A stretch of DNA of 64,000 nucleotides from Octopus sinensis (taxonomy: Eukaryota). Positions 12,063 to 25,400 of the stretch are shown piece by piece. Under the pieces are notes generated by a model. It searched no databases. It was not told where the DNA came from and saw nothing but the letters and a program-made list of their open reading frames with translations. The stretch lies in NCBI RefSeq assembly GCF_006345805.1, contig NC_043004.1, forward strand, positions 74,276,001-74,340,000. The letters are read 5' to 3'. The position numbers were made by a program, and so were the translations under genes. The stretch's first letter is position 1, and every line of letters begins with the position of its first letter.

Positions 12063-12627
12063 ATAATCATCCTTATTTAGCATCCACTGTTCCATGCTTC
12101 CATGAGTCGGGCTGAATTTATTGAAGCAGATTTTCCACAGTTGGATGCCCTTTCTTTAATCAACCCTAACCCACTTCCCAGTAAAGTAATATTTCCCCAT
12201 GGCTGAACATATTTTCAAGAAAGACTAGCAATAAACAACCCCACTAGTAAGACAGTGATGCTCATTTACAACCAACAGCATGATGTCAAGACACAGAAAC
12301 ACACCACACACACACACAAATACTGTAATAAAAACTGGTGAATGGATTATCTGGTATTACTACAATTGCTTCATTAGGAGTTTTAATGAAACGATTATAG
12401 TAACACTATATAATCCATTTGTCTGTTTTATTATGCTTTTATAGCACACTTAAGGTTCCATTCCTAGTTGGATGCTTTCATATCCAACTGGAATTGCAGA
12501 ATACCCAACAACAGTGACCTTCCTTCCTCAATGCCTTCCATAATGTATTACTTAACAGGGATTCTGAGCATCCTTCACTTTGATATGCCTTAATTCTTAG
12601 TGGGTTTCTTGTAATAAAATCTATATG

Positions 12628-12848
12628 TATGGGGTGGTGGTGAAAAGTTCCTGGCTTTAAGGGTATCATGAAAGGCCTGGTTGGAGGCGCAACCTTCCAA
12701 GTTTTTTTACAGGGCTTAGAAAACTGAAGGACTGCTGCCAATAAGTTTGTAGATCTGAGAGGGGAACATGTTGAATGAAATCATAATTAACTGTTCTGCC
12801 TGTATTTTCTTTTACCCAAAACATGAAACTTTTCAACACCCACTCACA
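12628..12848 (+). mobile_element. Tc1/mariner internal-deletion derivative
   Basis: Imperfect TIRs GGTGGTGAAAAGTTCCTGGCTTT / AAAACATGAAACTTTTCAACACC. The internal NKFVDLRGEHVE* resembles the mariner transposase C-terminus. Confidence 0.7.
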
Positions 12849-13203
12849 TTATATATATATATACATACATTAATACGACAGGCTTCTTTCAGCTTCTGTC
12901 TACCAAATCCACTCACAAGGGTTTGATCAGCCCAAAGTTACAGTAGAAAGCACCTGCCCAAGGTGCCACACACTGGGACTGATCCTAAAACTAAATAGTT
13001 GGGAATCAAGCTTCTGAACCCCACAGCTATGTCCATTATTTTTTTTTTATTTCATGAAATCAAACTCTATGAAATTTGAAGTGAGAAAGCAAAGAGACAT
13101 TCTTCAATACAGCAGAACATTTAGTGAAGAAAGCAAGCATTCTACTGCATCCACCTGTTTCACCAATAACAATCTTTGCAATGAATTTCAAAAGTTGACT
13201 TAC

Positions 13204-13289
13204 ATTTCTTTTGGTTTCGTAAATAATGTTGTCTGTGCGTACGATTCATCTTCTTTTTTCTTCAAAGCCTCGATTTTCCACACAATGTC
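13204..13289 (-). CDS. MRPS9: MRPS9 exon
   Basis: tttcag|GAC ATT...GAA AT|gtaagt, translating as DIVWKIEALKKKEDESYAQTTLFTKPKE(I). 86 nt; phases 0/2 fit the neighbours. Confidence 0.9.
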
Positions 13290-14542
13290 CTGAAATGGAA
13301 TTTTAAAGACTCTAAAGAATTCTCTATTTAAATACATTTCACGCATACAATGTGTTGGTGTGATACTAAATTGGTCAGTACAGCCTGATGGTTTTTGCGG
13401 CCATGCTAGAGCACCACCTCAAAGTGACTTCAATACTAATTTTTTTTTTGTTAAGCCTGGTAATTATTCTTTCAGTCTCTACTGCCAAACCACTCAGTTA
13501 CAGGGACATAAACATACCAACACCAGCTACCAAGTGGTAGTGGAGGACAAACAGACACAAAGACACCACCCCATGGACAAAGTGGTGAGAAAGGATCTAA
13601 AGACGTTGGGACTTACAGAGGGGATAACACGGGACCGAGACACATGGCGATTTGTTGTGCTTGAAAAGACAACATCAAGCTATGTAAAAGTGTGGTTGCC
13701 CTTACGTACAGGGTCATCTCATGCAACCCTCTCCAGCTGAGCATCCTTAATACAGGCTCATGGGTGCTGGTGCTACATAAAAGCAGTCCAGTAGAGTCTG
13801 TAAAGTGGTTGGCATTAGGAAGGGCATCCAGCCATAGACCCCATGCCAAAACAGATACGGAGCCTGAACAGCAATCAGCTGTCAGAACCTGTCAAAACGT
13901 CCAACCCATGCCAGCATGGAAATAGATCTCAAATGATGATATATATATATACATACACACACACACAGGTTTCTTTCAGTTTGTGTCTACTGAATCCATT
14001 GTCCACTCAAAAGGCTTTTGTCAGCCAAAGGTTATAATAGAAATCACTTGCCCATAGTGCCACACAGTGGAACTGAACCCAGAACCATGTGGTTAGGAAG
14101 CAGGCTTCTTAGCACACAGCCATGTATGTGCCTATGGTGTGTGGGCTTTATAGGATAGAAGGGTGGTTTGCAAATTAAAATGAGATACAGACTGGCTTTA
14201 CTTGTAAACTGGGAACATTGCAGGTTGTGCAGAATCTTCTTTGGTTGGTCTCATCACCATCATCATTTTAACAGCCATCTTCCTGAGCTTGCATGGGTCG
14301 GGCAGATTCAACTGAGGCAGGTTTTTCTATAGCCTGGTGCCCTTCCTGTCACCAACCCTCACCTGTTTCCAAGCAAAGGCAATATTTGCCCATCACCAGA
14401 CGTGTTTTTGCAAGACATTAGAAATGAAGGAAGGACATGACCGCTTGTATAACAGGTAAACTCATTTACAACTCACGCAATGTGAAGACAATGAGACAAA
14501 CACTCACCCCCTCCCCCTACCAGCATGGAAAATGGACAGTAA

Positions 14543-14577
<35 letters not shown>

Positions 14578-15066
14578 GCTACATGTGAATTGCTGGTGAT
14601 TTTTTTCCTCCATCTTCCTTTTCTCTTAGACTTTCCTCTATCTCCTGTTTCTGAAGAAGAGTTTTGTTCAAAACATAAAAACCCCTTTCTTTCCTTCCCA
14701 GAGCATCTTTTAATACTTTGCATGTACCACAGCCCCATGTTGTGGCTTTTTTCTTCATTTTTTTTAATGAATTATATATATATATATACACACACACATA
14801 CACACATATATATACATATACATGTATACATGCGATGGGCTTCTTTCAATTTCTGCCTATCAAATCCATTCACAAGACTTTGGTTGGCCCAAGGTTATAA
14901 TAGAAGATACACGCACAAGGTTTCACGCAGTGGGACTGAACCTGGAACCAGGTGATTGGGAAGCAAACTTTTTTAACCACACAGCTACGCTTGTGCCTGA
15001 TATGGAAGATGAAAATATGGTGCAAGGGAAGAAGCCAAAATAACCAAATCTGAATAAAGTACTTAC

Positions 15067-15146
15067 ATACATTAAGTTGTAATAGTTGGGCTTTGCCGTA
15101 TAAAATAACCAGTGAAAAGGGCGTCCATCCATTCCAAACTGAGCAC
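15067..15146 (-). CDS. MRPS9: MRPS9 exon
   Basis: aacag|GT GCT CAG...ATG TAT|gtaagt, translating as AQFGMDGRPFHWLFYTAKPNYYNLMY (conserved DGRPFHxLFYT motif). 80 nt. Confidence 0.97.
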
Positions 15147-16615
15147 CTGTTGTAAAATAATAAAAAACAATAAAATCATTGTTATTCATTATCATAGGTT
15201 TTATGTCTGTTTCTTCTATGCTGGCATGGGTTGGACAAGACTTCTCAAGGCTGAATGTTCTTCCAGGTGCCAACTGTTGAACGTTGGGCCTCACAAAGGC
15301 AATGCCGAAAGACCAAGACCTTTGGAGATATACTGTGATTGAAAAGACCTGGCCAGTAAAGTAACATCACAGCCATAGCCTACATCAGTGTCGCATAGCC
15401 AGCCCATTTAAAAAGTACCTTTGAATTGTTGGACGACACTCCGTCCTTGAGGAGACCTTGAGTCAAGTAAAATAAAAAAATCAAATGGAAATTGTAGTTG
15501 TAGCTGATGCCAGTGCCGCCTGACTGGCTCCCGTGCTGGTGGCATGCAATAAGCACCATACATGCAGGGGTCATTGCCAGTGCAGCCTAACTGGCTCCCT
15601 GTGTCAGGGGCATGTGAAAAGCACCATCTGAACGTGCTCAATGCCAGCTACCCCTCCCCCCTCCTGGCTGCACCAGGCTCCATTCTGATCAGGCAAGGTT
15701 CCTACAGCTGAATGCCCTTCCTAATGCCAACCACTCCGACGTGAGTGTAGTGGGAGCTTTTTATGTGCCATCAGCACAGGAGCCAGTCAGGCGGGCCTGG
15801 CAATGATCACGTTCAGATGGTGCTTATTACATGCCACCAGCACAGGAGCCAGTTGGGGGTACCAGCATCGGTCACGACTGGTTGGTGCCTTTTATGTGCC
15901 ACCAGCACAGGAGCCAGTCAGGCAGACCTGGCATCCACCACATTTGGATGGTGCTTTTTATGAGCCACTGGCACGGGAGCCAGTCAGGGATACCGGCCCC
16001 CAAACTGACTTATGATGAAAGCTGTTCCAGCCATGATCTTCACATCTTTTCTTTGTTAGATGATGATGATGATGATGATGACTGTATCTAGAACTGCATG
16101 ACTACCGTGTCTTCACGTTTTCTTCTTAAGATGGTCGGGTGATATTTGAGGGTTATTTGGCTGGCTCTGACAGATCGAGGAACCTTTGTTGGTTCATACC
16201 AAAAGTTTCCCTTCAAACTGTAAAAAGTGATTCAGAAAACAACAGTATTTGACCTGATGATGATGACGGTGGTGGTGAACATCATCATCATCACCATCAT
16301 TTAACATCTGGCATGGGTTGGCTGGTTTGACAGGAACCGGTGAGCCAGAGAACCGTGCCAAGTCCTACTGCTGTCTGTTTTGGCAGGGTTTCTACAGCAG
16401 GATGCCCTCTTCACGCCAATCGCTTTACAGATCGTACTGGATGTCTTTTTGACATAGCACCAGCACCAGTGAAGTCACCAAGAAACTCACTAGACAAGAA
16501 CCCTCGAATGAGGGTTTGTAATATTAAGGGCAGTGGCTTTACACCAGGGGATGAGAGATTAGAGTTCGAAGTATAAAGATGGTAAGCAGAAATATTGTAA
16601 TATCTGAAGACTTAC

Positions 16616-16646
16616 TTTTCTGTGGTGGGAAAATTTCATAAGGATG
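16616..16646 (-). CDS. MRPS9: MRPS9 micro-exon (31 nt)
   Basis: cttcag|CAT CCT TAT GAA ATT TTC CCA CCA CAG AAA A|gtaagt, translating as HPYEIFPPQK(S) (cf. human HPEQIFPRQR). Phases fit both neighbours. Confidence 0.93.
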
Positions 16647-17075
16647 CTGAAGAATAAAACAAAAAACTGATGAGGAAAGTCAAAATTTTAATTTAAACAA
16701 GTTTAAAACATCAAAAGGATACACAAAATGTTTGTTCTTTTCTACTCTAGGCATGAAACCCGAAATTTTGGGGAAGGGGGCTAGTCGATTAAATTAACCT
16801 CAGTATGCAACTGGTACGAATGGATGACAGGCAAAGTCGACCTCGGTGGAATTTGAACTCAGAACATAAAGACAGACAAAATACTGCTAAACAGCGTGCT
16901 AACGTTTCTGCGGACTTGCCACCTTACACAAAATGTTTATTGAAGAAAGCAATTGACTATCATCACTGCTGTTACTACTTCTGTTTGTCTTTCATCATTT
17001 TCATCAATAACAGCATCAGCATCATCACACCACAGCCACTGCTTAAGTAGTCATTAAAATCTCATAAACAAGGTA

Positions 17076-17280
17076 CAGTAATCCCTCGACTATCGCAGGT
17101 GTCACATTCCAAAAAACCCTGCGATAGGTGAAAAATCCACAAGTAGAAACAGTATTGTAGTGTATATATTTTTTTAAATTTTCATAATCTGTATGTATTT
17201 ATTTTTTATAAATGCAAAACAACGCCACACAGGAATCAAGGTAATCTTAAAATAAACTGCAATGTGGCAAGGAATTACTG
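17076..17280. mobile_element. pogo/Tigger-like MITE (a second, partial copy at ~57133-57260)
   Basis: TA|CAGTAATCCCTCG ... CAAGGAATTACTG|TA termini. Confidence 0.75.
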
Positions 17281-17835
17281 TATTTCGTTAAAGAAATTTG
17301 CTTTGTGGTCATGTAGATCAAGATTCTATTCCACAACACTGCACTGCTTCAATACAAAGTAAACCCAAGTGCTCAGAGTGAAATTTGATACAAAGAAACC
17401 ACACAGAAGTCTAATCAATTCACCTGTACCTGAGTAATCTAATTCAACACCTATTTTAAACACTCACTTCTAGTCAGCAGGTACTTTCGAACAAGGTCCA
17501 CTCTGTTGCAGGCACTGGTCTCTGATCTCTGATTTTCAGAAAACCCATAACTGATAGTTTTTTCCTCCCTTCCACCTCCTTCAAAAAACCTCGAAAGGGG
17601 TTATCATGTTGCTATTTCTTCTTCTATGAAACAAAAAGATGCGGATCAATGATGTAAGTGGAGGGATTATAGGTAACAAGCTCCACTGCTTGCAGTACTA
17701 AACGGAAAATATTTTTAAGGGCTGAGAGGCAGACCCTATATCATCCCCTGCAGTCTTCAGTAAGGACCTGACAACCCAATGAATCACAGGACACATGTAT
17801 GTTAGTATAGAGACACCCAAAGCAAACTGACTCAC

Positions 17836-17898
17836 CTTCATCAATGGCCTGGCTTTTTTGGCGTATAAACCTGATGGCAGCAGATATTCAATAGCTTT
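17836..17898 (-). CDS. MRPS9: MRPS9 exon
   Basis: ccccag|AAA GCT...ATG AAG|gtgagt, translating as KAIEYLLPSGLYAKKARPLMK (cf. AIxYLFPSGLxxKxARPxMK). 63 nt, phase 0/0. Confidence 0.97.
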
Positions 17899-19413
17899 CT
17901 GGGGAAATGATACAATAAACACAAAGCATTTCAGTACTGTTTCAAACCATAAGTCATCACTCATATTACTCATAACAATATTAAATAAGCCTTTCTATTT
18001 TAGCACAAGGCCAGCAATTTTGAGGGAGGGTGAAGTTGATTGCATCAACCCCCCAGTGCTCAACTGGGGTTCTTCTTTAAATGACTCCAAAAGGATGAAA
18101 GACAAATTAACCCTTGGTGGACTTTGAACTCAGAGCATAAATGGCCAGAAGAAATGCCGTTAAGCATTGTGTCTGGTGCGGTAACAGTTCTGCCAAGTGC
18201 CATCGTAGCAAAATTAAAATAAGAACAAGTTCTTCTGTGTGTCGTACAAATAGAAAGATAAATAGAGACAACTGCTTTGCTTTCCTACTTCGAGGTTCCT
18301 ATCACAAATGATCAGCATTATAGATCCCATTGATGAGGTCAAGAATAGGAGGTGTTTCACCAAGGCTGACTCTAAGCAGACATTAACAGGATAAATGAAT
18401 TAAATCTGGGTTGCAAACTCAGTTTTCCTGAGAATTTAGAATCTACACTACAACCGTTTCCAAGAATATCTGTTATTTAGAAATCTTTAGCTACATTTCT
18501 GTTGTCAAACATTTAAAGTGAACAGAATGATATGAATTTTACTTTAAAAGATCACAATAGTTTTATCCAAGTAATTTCCAATCAATTTGGCTATTGATCA
18601 GGTGTTGTGTACTGGCAAGCTCTTTAGACTTGGAAATACTGAAACAAAATCTGACAAACTGTTGTATATAGAAGAAACATTAAAACTGGAGATTAGATTA
18701 ATGTGACTAGGATGTGAAAGGGCTGAGCCACTAACCACATGATCCCCAGTTCGATCTTAACTGCAGCCACTGATTTTTATCTCTGTGCAAAACACATAAC
18801 AACTCTTGATTGCCTCAGTTTGCTTGTGTGTGTGTGTGTGTTTACATATGCAATCATTTGTATGAGAGCGCAGCAAGCAGTGATCTATCAGTCTCTCCTG
18901 TCAACAAATGTCTTGGCAGCTTCGAAATTATATGGAATAAGTGATCCTTCACATGAAAATCAGGTAAGGAATGGTATCAGGAAGGACAGCTGGCTATAGA
19001 AATGACTGTGAATGACATTCTTTCAATCCATATAAGCATGGAAAAAACAGGCACAAAATGAACAAATAAACAACAATCTCCATGCACTAAGCTACAAGAT
19101 CGTTATATGCAGCCTTACTGTCGGGTTATAAAACTACATCATTGGGGTTTAACGTCCGCTTTCCATGATGGCATGGTTGGACGGTTTGGACTGAGGGCTG
19201 GCGAACCAGATGGCTGCACCAGGCAGCAATCTGATCTGGCAAAGTGTCTACAGCTGGACCCTTCCTACCACCCACCACACTGAGAGTGTAGTGGGTGCTT
19301 TTATGTGGCACCGCATGAGGGCCAGTCAGGTGTGGTCTCCAACGATGATGCTCAACAGGTGTTTTTTACATGCTACTTGCATGGGAACCAGTCCAGTGGC
19401 ACTGGCAACAACC

Positions 19414-22400
19414 ACACTGGAATGGTGCTTTTCACGTGCCCCAACTGCACATGTTCTGGGTAAAGGCAACGTTGGCAATGATGACACTGGAATGTTGCTT
19501 TTCACGTGCCACCAGCACATGTTCTGGTAAGGCAACGTTGGCAATGATGACACTGGAATGTTGCTTTTCACGTGCCACCAGCACATGTTCTGGTAAGGCA
19601 ACGTTGGCAATGATGACACTGGAATGTTGCTTTTCACGTGCCACCAGCACATGTTCTGGTAAGGCAACGTTGGCAATGATGACACTGGAATGTTGCTTTT
19701 CACGTGCCACCAGCACATGTTCTGGTAAGGCAACGAAGGCAATGATGACACTGGAATGGTGCTTTTCACGTGCCACCAGCACATGTTCTGGTAAGGCAAC
19801 GTTGGCAATGATGACACTGGAATGTTGCTTTTCACGTGCCACCAGCACATGTTCTGGTAAGGCAACGTTGGCAATGATGACACTCGAAAGGTGCTTTTCA
19901 CGTGCCACCAGCACATGTTCTGGTAAGGCAACGTTGACAACGATGACACTCGAATGGTGCTTTTCACGTGCCACCAGCACATGTTCAGGTAAGGCGACGT
20001 TGGCAATGATGACACTGGAATGGTGCTTTTCACGTGCCACCAGCACATGTTCTGGTAAGGCAACGTTGGCAATGATGACACTGGAATGGTGCTTTTCACG
20101 TGCCACCAGCACATGTTCTGGTAAGGCGACGTTGGCAATGATGACACTGGAATGGTGCTTTTCACGTGCCACCAGCACATGTTCTGGTAAGGCGACGTTG
20201 GCAATGATGACACTGGAATGGTGCTTTTCACGTGCCACCAGCACATGTTCTGGTAAGGCAACGTTGGCAATGATGACACTGGAATGTGCTTTTCACGTGC
20301 CACCAGCACATGTTCTGGTAAGGCAACGTTGGCAATGATGACACTGGAATGTTGCTTTTCACGTGCCACCAGCACATGTTCTGGTAAGGCAACGTTGGCA
20401 ATGATGACACTGGAATGTTGCTTTTCACGTGCCACCAGCACATGTTCTGGTAAGGCAACGTTGGCAATGATGACACTGGAATGTGCTTTTCACGTGCCAC
20501 CAGCACATGTTCTGGTAAGGCAACGTTGGCAATGATGACACTGGAATGGTGCTTTTCACGTGCCACCAGCACATGTTCTGGTAAGGCAACGTTGGCAATG
20601 ATGACACTGGAATGTGCTTTTCACGTGCCACCAGCACATGTTCTGGTAAGGCAACGTTGGCAATGATGACACTGGAATGGTGCTTTTCACGTGCCACCAG
20701 CACATGTTCTGGTAAGGCAACGTTGGCAATGATGACACTGGAATGTTGCTTTTCACGTGCCACCAGCACATGTTCTGGTAAGGCAACGTTGGCAATGATG
20801 ACACTGGAATGTTGCTTTTCACGTGCCACCAGCACATGTTCTGGTAAGGCAACGTTGGCAATGATGACACTGGAATGTTGCTTTTCACGTGCCACCAGCA
20901 CATGTTCTGGTAAGGCAACGTTGGCAATGATGACACTGGAATGGTTGCTTTTCACGTGCCACCAGCACATGTTCTGGTAAGGCAACGTTGGCAATGATGA
21001 CACTGGAATGTGCTTTTCACGTGCCACCAGCACATGTTCTGGTAAGGCAACGTTGGCAATGATGACACTGGAATGTTGCTTTTCACGTGCCACCAGCACA
21101 TGTTCTGGTAAGGCAACGTTGGCAATGATGACACTGGAATGTTGCTTTTCACGTGCCACCAGCACATGTTCTGGTAAGGCAACGTTGGCAATGATGACAC
21201 TGGAATGTTGCTTTTCACGTGCCACCAGCACATGTTCTGGTAAGGCAACGTTGGCAATGATGACACTGGAATGTTGCTTTTCACGTGCCACCAGCACATG
21301 TTCTGGTAAGGCAACGTTGGCAATGATGACACTGGAATGTTGCTTTTCACGTGCCACCAGCACATGTTCTGGTAAGGCAACGTTGGCAATGATGACACTG
21401 GAATGGTTGCTTTTCACGTGCCACCAGCACATGTTCTGGTAAGGCAACGTTGGCAATGATGACACTGGAATGGTTGCTTTTCACGTGCCACCAGCACATG
21501 TTCTGGTAAGGCAACGTTGGCAATGATGACACTGGAATGTTGCTTTTCACGTGCCACCAGCACATGTTCTGGTAAGGCAACGTTGGCAATGATGACACTG
21601 GAATGTTGCTTTTCACGTGCCACCAGCACATGTTCTGGTAAGGCAACGTTGGCAATGATGACACTGGAATGTGCTTTTCACGTGCCACCAGCACATGTTC
21701 TGGTAAGGCAACGTTGGCAATGATGACACTGGAATGTTGCTTTTCACGTGCCACCAGCACATGTTCTGGTAAGGCAACGTTGGCAATGATGACACTGGAA
21801 TGTTGCTTTTCACGTGCCACCAGCACATGTTCTGGTAAGGCAACGTTGGCAATGATGACACTGGAATGTTGCTTTTCACGTGCCACCAGCACATGTTCTG
21901 GTAAGGCAACGTTGGCAATGATGACACTGGAATGTTGCTTTTCACGTGCCACCAGCACATGTTCTGGTAAGGCAACGTTGGCAATGATGACACTGGAATG
22001 TTGCTTTTCACGTGCCACCAGCACATGTTCTGGTAAGGCAACGTTGGCAATGATGACACTGGAATGTTGCTTTTCACGTGCCACCAGCACATGTTCTGGT
22101 AAGGCAACGTTGGCAATGATGACACTGGAATGTTGCTTTTCACGTGCCACCAGCACATGTTCTGGTAAGGCAACGTTGGCAATGATGACACTGGAATGTT
22201 GCTTTTCACGTGCCACCAGCACATGTTCTGGTAAGGCAACGTTGGCAATGATGACACTGGAATGTTGCTTTTCACGTGCCACCAGCACATGTTCTGGTAA
22301 GGCAACGTTGGCAATGATGACACTGGAATGTTGCTTTTCACGTGCCACCAGCACATGTTCTGGTAAGGCAACGTTGGCAATGATGACACTGGAATGTGCT

Positions 22401-25400
22401 TTTCACGTGCCACCAGCACATGTTCTGGTAAGGCAACGTTGGCAATGATGACACTGGAATGTGCTTTTCACGTGCCACCAGCACATGTTCTGGTAAGGCA
22501 ACGTTGGCAATGATGACACTGGAATGGTGCTTTTCACGTGCCACCAGCACATGTTCTGGTAAGGCAACGTTGGCAATGATGACACTGGAATGTTGCTTTT
22601 CACGTGCCACCAGCACATGTTCTGGTAAGGCAACGTTGGCAATGATGACACTGGAATGTGCTTTTCACGTGCCACCAGCACATGTTCTGGTAAGGCAACG
22701 TTGGCAATGATGACACTGGAATGGTGCTTTTCACGTGCCACCAGCACATGTTCTGGTAAGGCAACGTTGGCAATGATGACACTCGAATGGTGCTTTTCAC
22801 GTGCCACCAGCACATGTTCTGGTAAGGCAACGTTGGCAATGATGACACTGGAATGTTGCTTTTCACGTGCCACCAGCACATGTTCTGGTAAGGCAACGTT
22901 GGCAATGATGACACTGGAATGGTGCTTTTCACGTGCCACCAGCACATGTTCTGGTAAGGCAACGTTGGCAATGATGACACTGGAATGGTGCTTTTCACGT
23001 GCCACCAGCACATGTTCTGGTAAGGCAACGTTGGCAATGATGACACTGGAATGGTGCTTTTCACGTGCCACCAGCACATGTTCTGGTAAGGCAACGTTGG
23101 CAATGATGACACTGGAATGGTGCTTTTCACGTGCCACCAGCACATGTTCTGGTAAGGCAACGTTGGCAATGATGACACTGGAATGTTGCTTTTCACGTGC
23201 CACCAGCACATGTTCTGGTAAGGCAACGTTGGCAATGATGACACTGGAATGTTGCTTTTCACGTGCCACCAGCACATGTTCTGGTAAGGCAACGTTGGCA
23301 ATGATGACACTGGAATGTTGCTTTTCACGTGCCACCAGCACATGTTCTGGTAAGGCAACGTTGGCAATGATGACACTGGAATGTTGCTTTTCACGTGCCA
23401 CCAGCACATGTTCTGGTAAGGCAACGTTGGCAATGATGACACTGGAATGTTGCTTTTCACGTGCCACCAGCACATGTTCTGGTAAGGCAACGTTGGCAAT
23501 GATGACACTGGAATGTGCTTTTCACGTGCCACCAGCACATGTTCTGGTAAGGCAACGTTGGCAATGATGACACTGGAATGTTGCTTTTCACGTGCCACCA
23601 GCACATGTTCTGGTAAGGCAACGTTGGCAATGATGACACTGGAATGTTGCTTTTCACGTGCCACCAGCACATGTTCTGGTAAGGCAACGTTGGCAATGAT
23701 GACACTGGAATGGTGCTTTTCACGTGCCACCAGCACATGTTCTGGTAAGGCAACGTTGGCAATGATGACACTGGAATGTTGCTTTTCACGTGCCACCAGC
23801 ACATGTTCTGGTAAGGCAACGTTGGCAATGATGACACTGGAATGTGCTTTTCACGTGCCACCAGCACATGTTCTGGTAAGGCAACGTTGGCAATGATGAC
23901 ACTGGAATGTTGCTTTTCACGTGCCACCAGCACATGTTCTGGTAAGGCAACGTTGGCAATGATGACACTGGAATGGTTGCTTTTCACGTGCCACCAGCAC
24001 ATGTTCTGGTAAGGCAACGTTGGCAATGATGACACTGGAATGTTGCTTTTCACGTGCCACCAGCACATGTTCTGGTAAGGCAACGTTGGCAATGATGACA
24101 CTGGAATGTGCTTTTCACGTGCCACCAGCACATGTTCTGGTAAGGCAACGTTGGCAATGATGACACTGGAATGTTGCTTTTCACGTGCCACCAGCACATG
24201 TTCTGGTAAGGCAACGTTGGCAATGATGACACTGGAATGTTGCTTTTCACGTGCCACCAGCACATGTTCTGGTAAGGCAACGTTGGCAATGATGACACTG
24301 GAATGTTGCTTTTCACGTGCCACCAGCACATGTTCTGGTAAGGCAACGTTGGCAATGATGACACTGGAATGTTGCTTTTCACGTGCCACCAGCACATGTT
24401 CTGGTAAGGCAACGTTGGCAATGATGACACTGGAATGTTGCTTTTCACGTGCCACCAGCACATGTTCTGGTAAGGCAACGTTGGCAATGATGACACTGGA
24501 ATGTGCTTTTCACGTGCCACCAGCACATGTTCTGGTAAGGCAACGTTGGCAATGATGACACTGGAATGTTGCTTTTCACGTGCCACCAGCACATGTTCTG
24601 GTAAGGCAACGTTGGCAATGATGACACTGGAATGTTGCTTTTCACGTGCCACCAGCACATGTTCTGGTAAGGCAACGTTGGCAATGATGACACTGGAATG
24701 TTGCTTTTCACGTGCCACCAGCACATGTTCTGGTAAGGCAACGTTGGCAATGATGACACTGGAATGTTGCTTTTCACGTGCCACCAGCACATGTTCTGGT
24801 AAGGCAACGTTGGCAATGATGACACTGGAATGTGCTTTTCACGTGCCACCAGCACATGTTCTGGTAAGGCAACGTTGGCAATGATGACACTGGAATGTTG
24901 CTTTTCACGTGCCACCAGCACATGTTCTGGTAAGGCAACGTTGGCAATGATGACACTGGAATGGTTGCTTTTCACGTGCCACCAGCACATGTTCTGGTAA
25001 GGCAACGTTGGCAATGATGACACTGGAATGTGCTTTTCACGTGCCACCAGCACATGTTCTGGTAAGGCAACGTTGGCAATGATGACACTGGAATGGTGCT
25101 TTTCACGTGCCACCAGCACATGTTCTGGTAAGGCAACGTTGGCAATGATGACACTGGAATGGTGCTTTTCACGTGCCACCAGCACATGTTCTGGTAAGGC
25201 AACGTTGGCAATGATGACACTGGAATGTGCTTTTCACGTGCCACCAGCACATGTTCTGGTAAGGCAACGTTGGCAATGATGACACTGGAATGTGCTTTTC
25301 ACGTGCCACCAGCACATGTTCTGGTAAGGCAACGTTGGCAATGATGACACTGGAATGTTGCTTTTCACGTGCCACCAGCACATGTTCTGGTAAGGCAACG

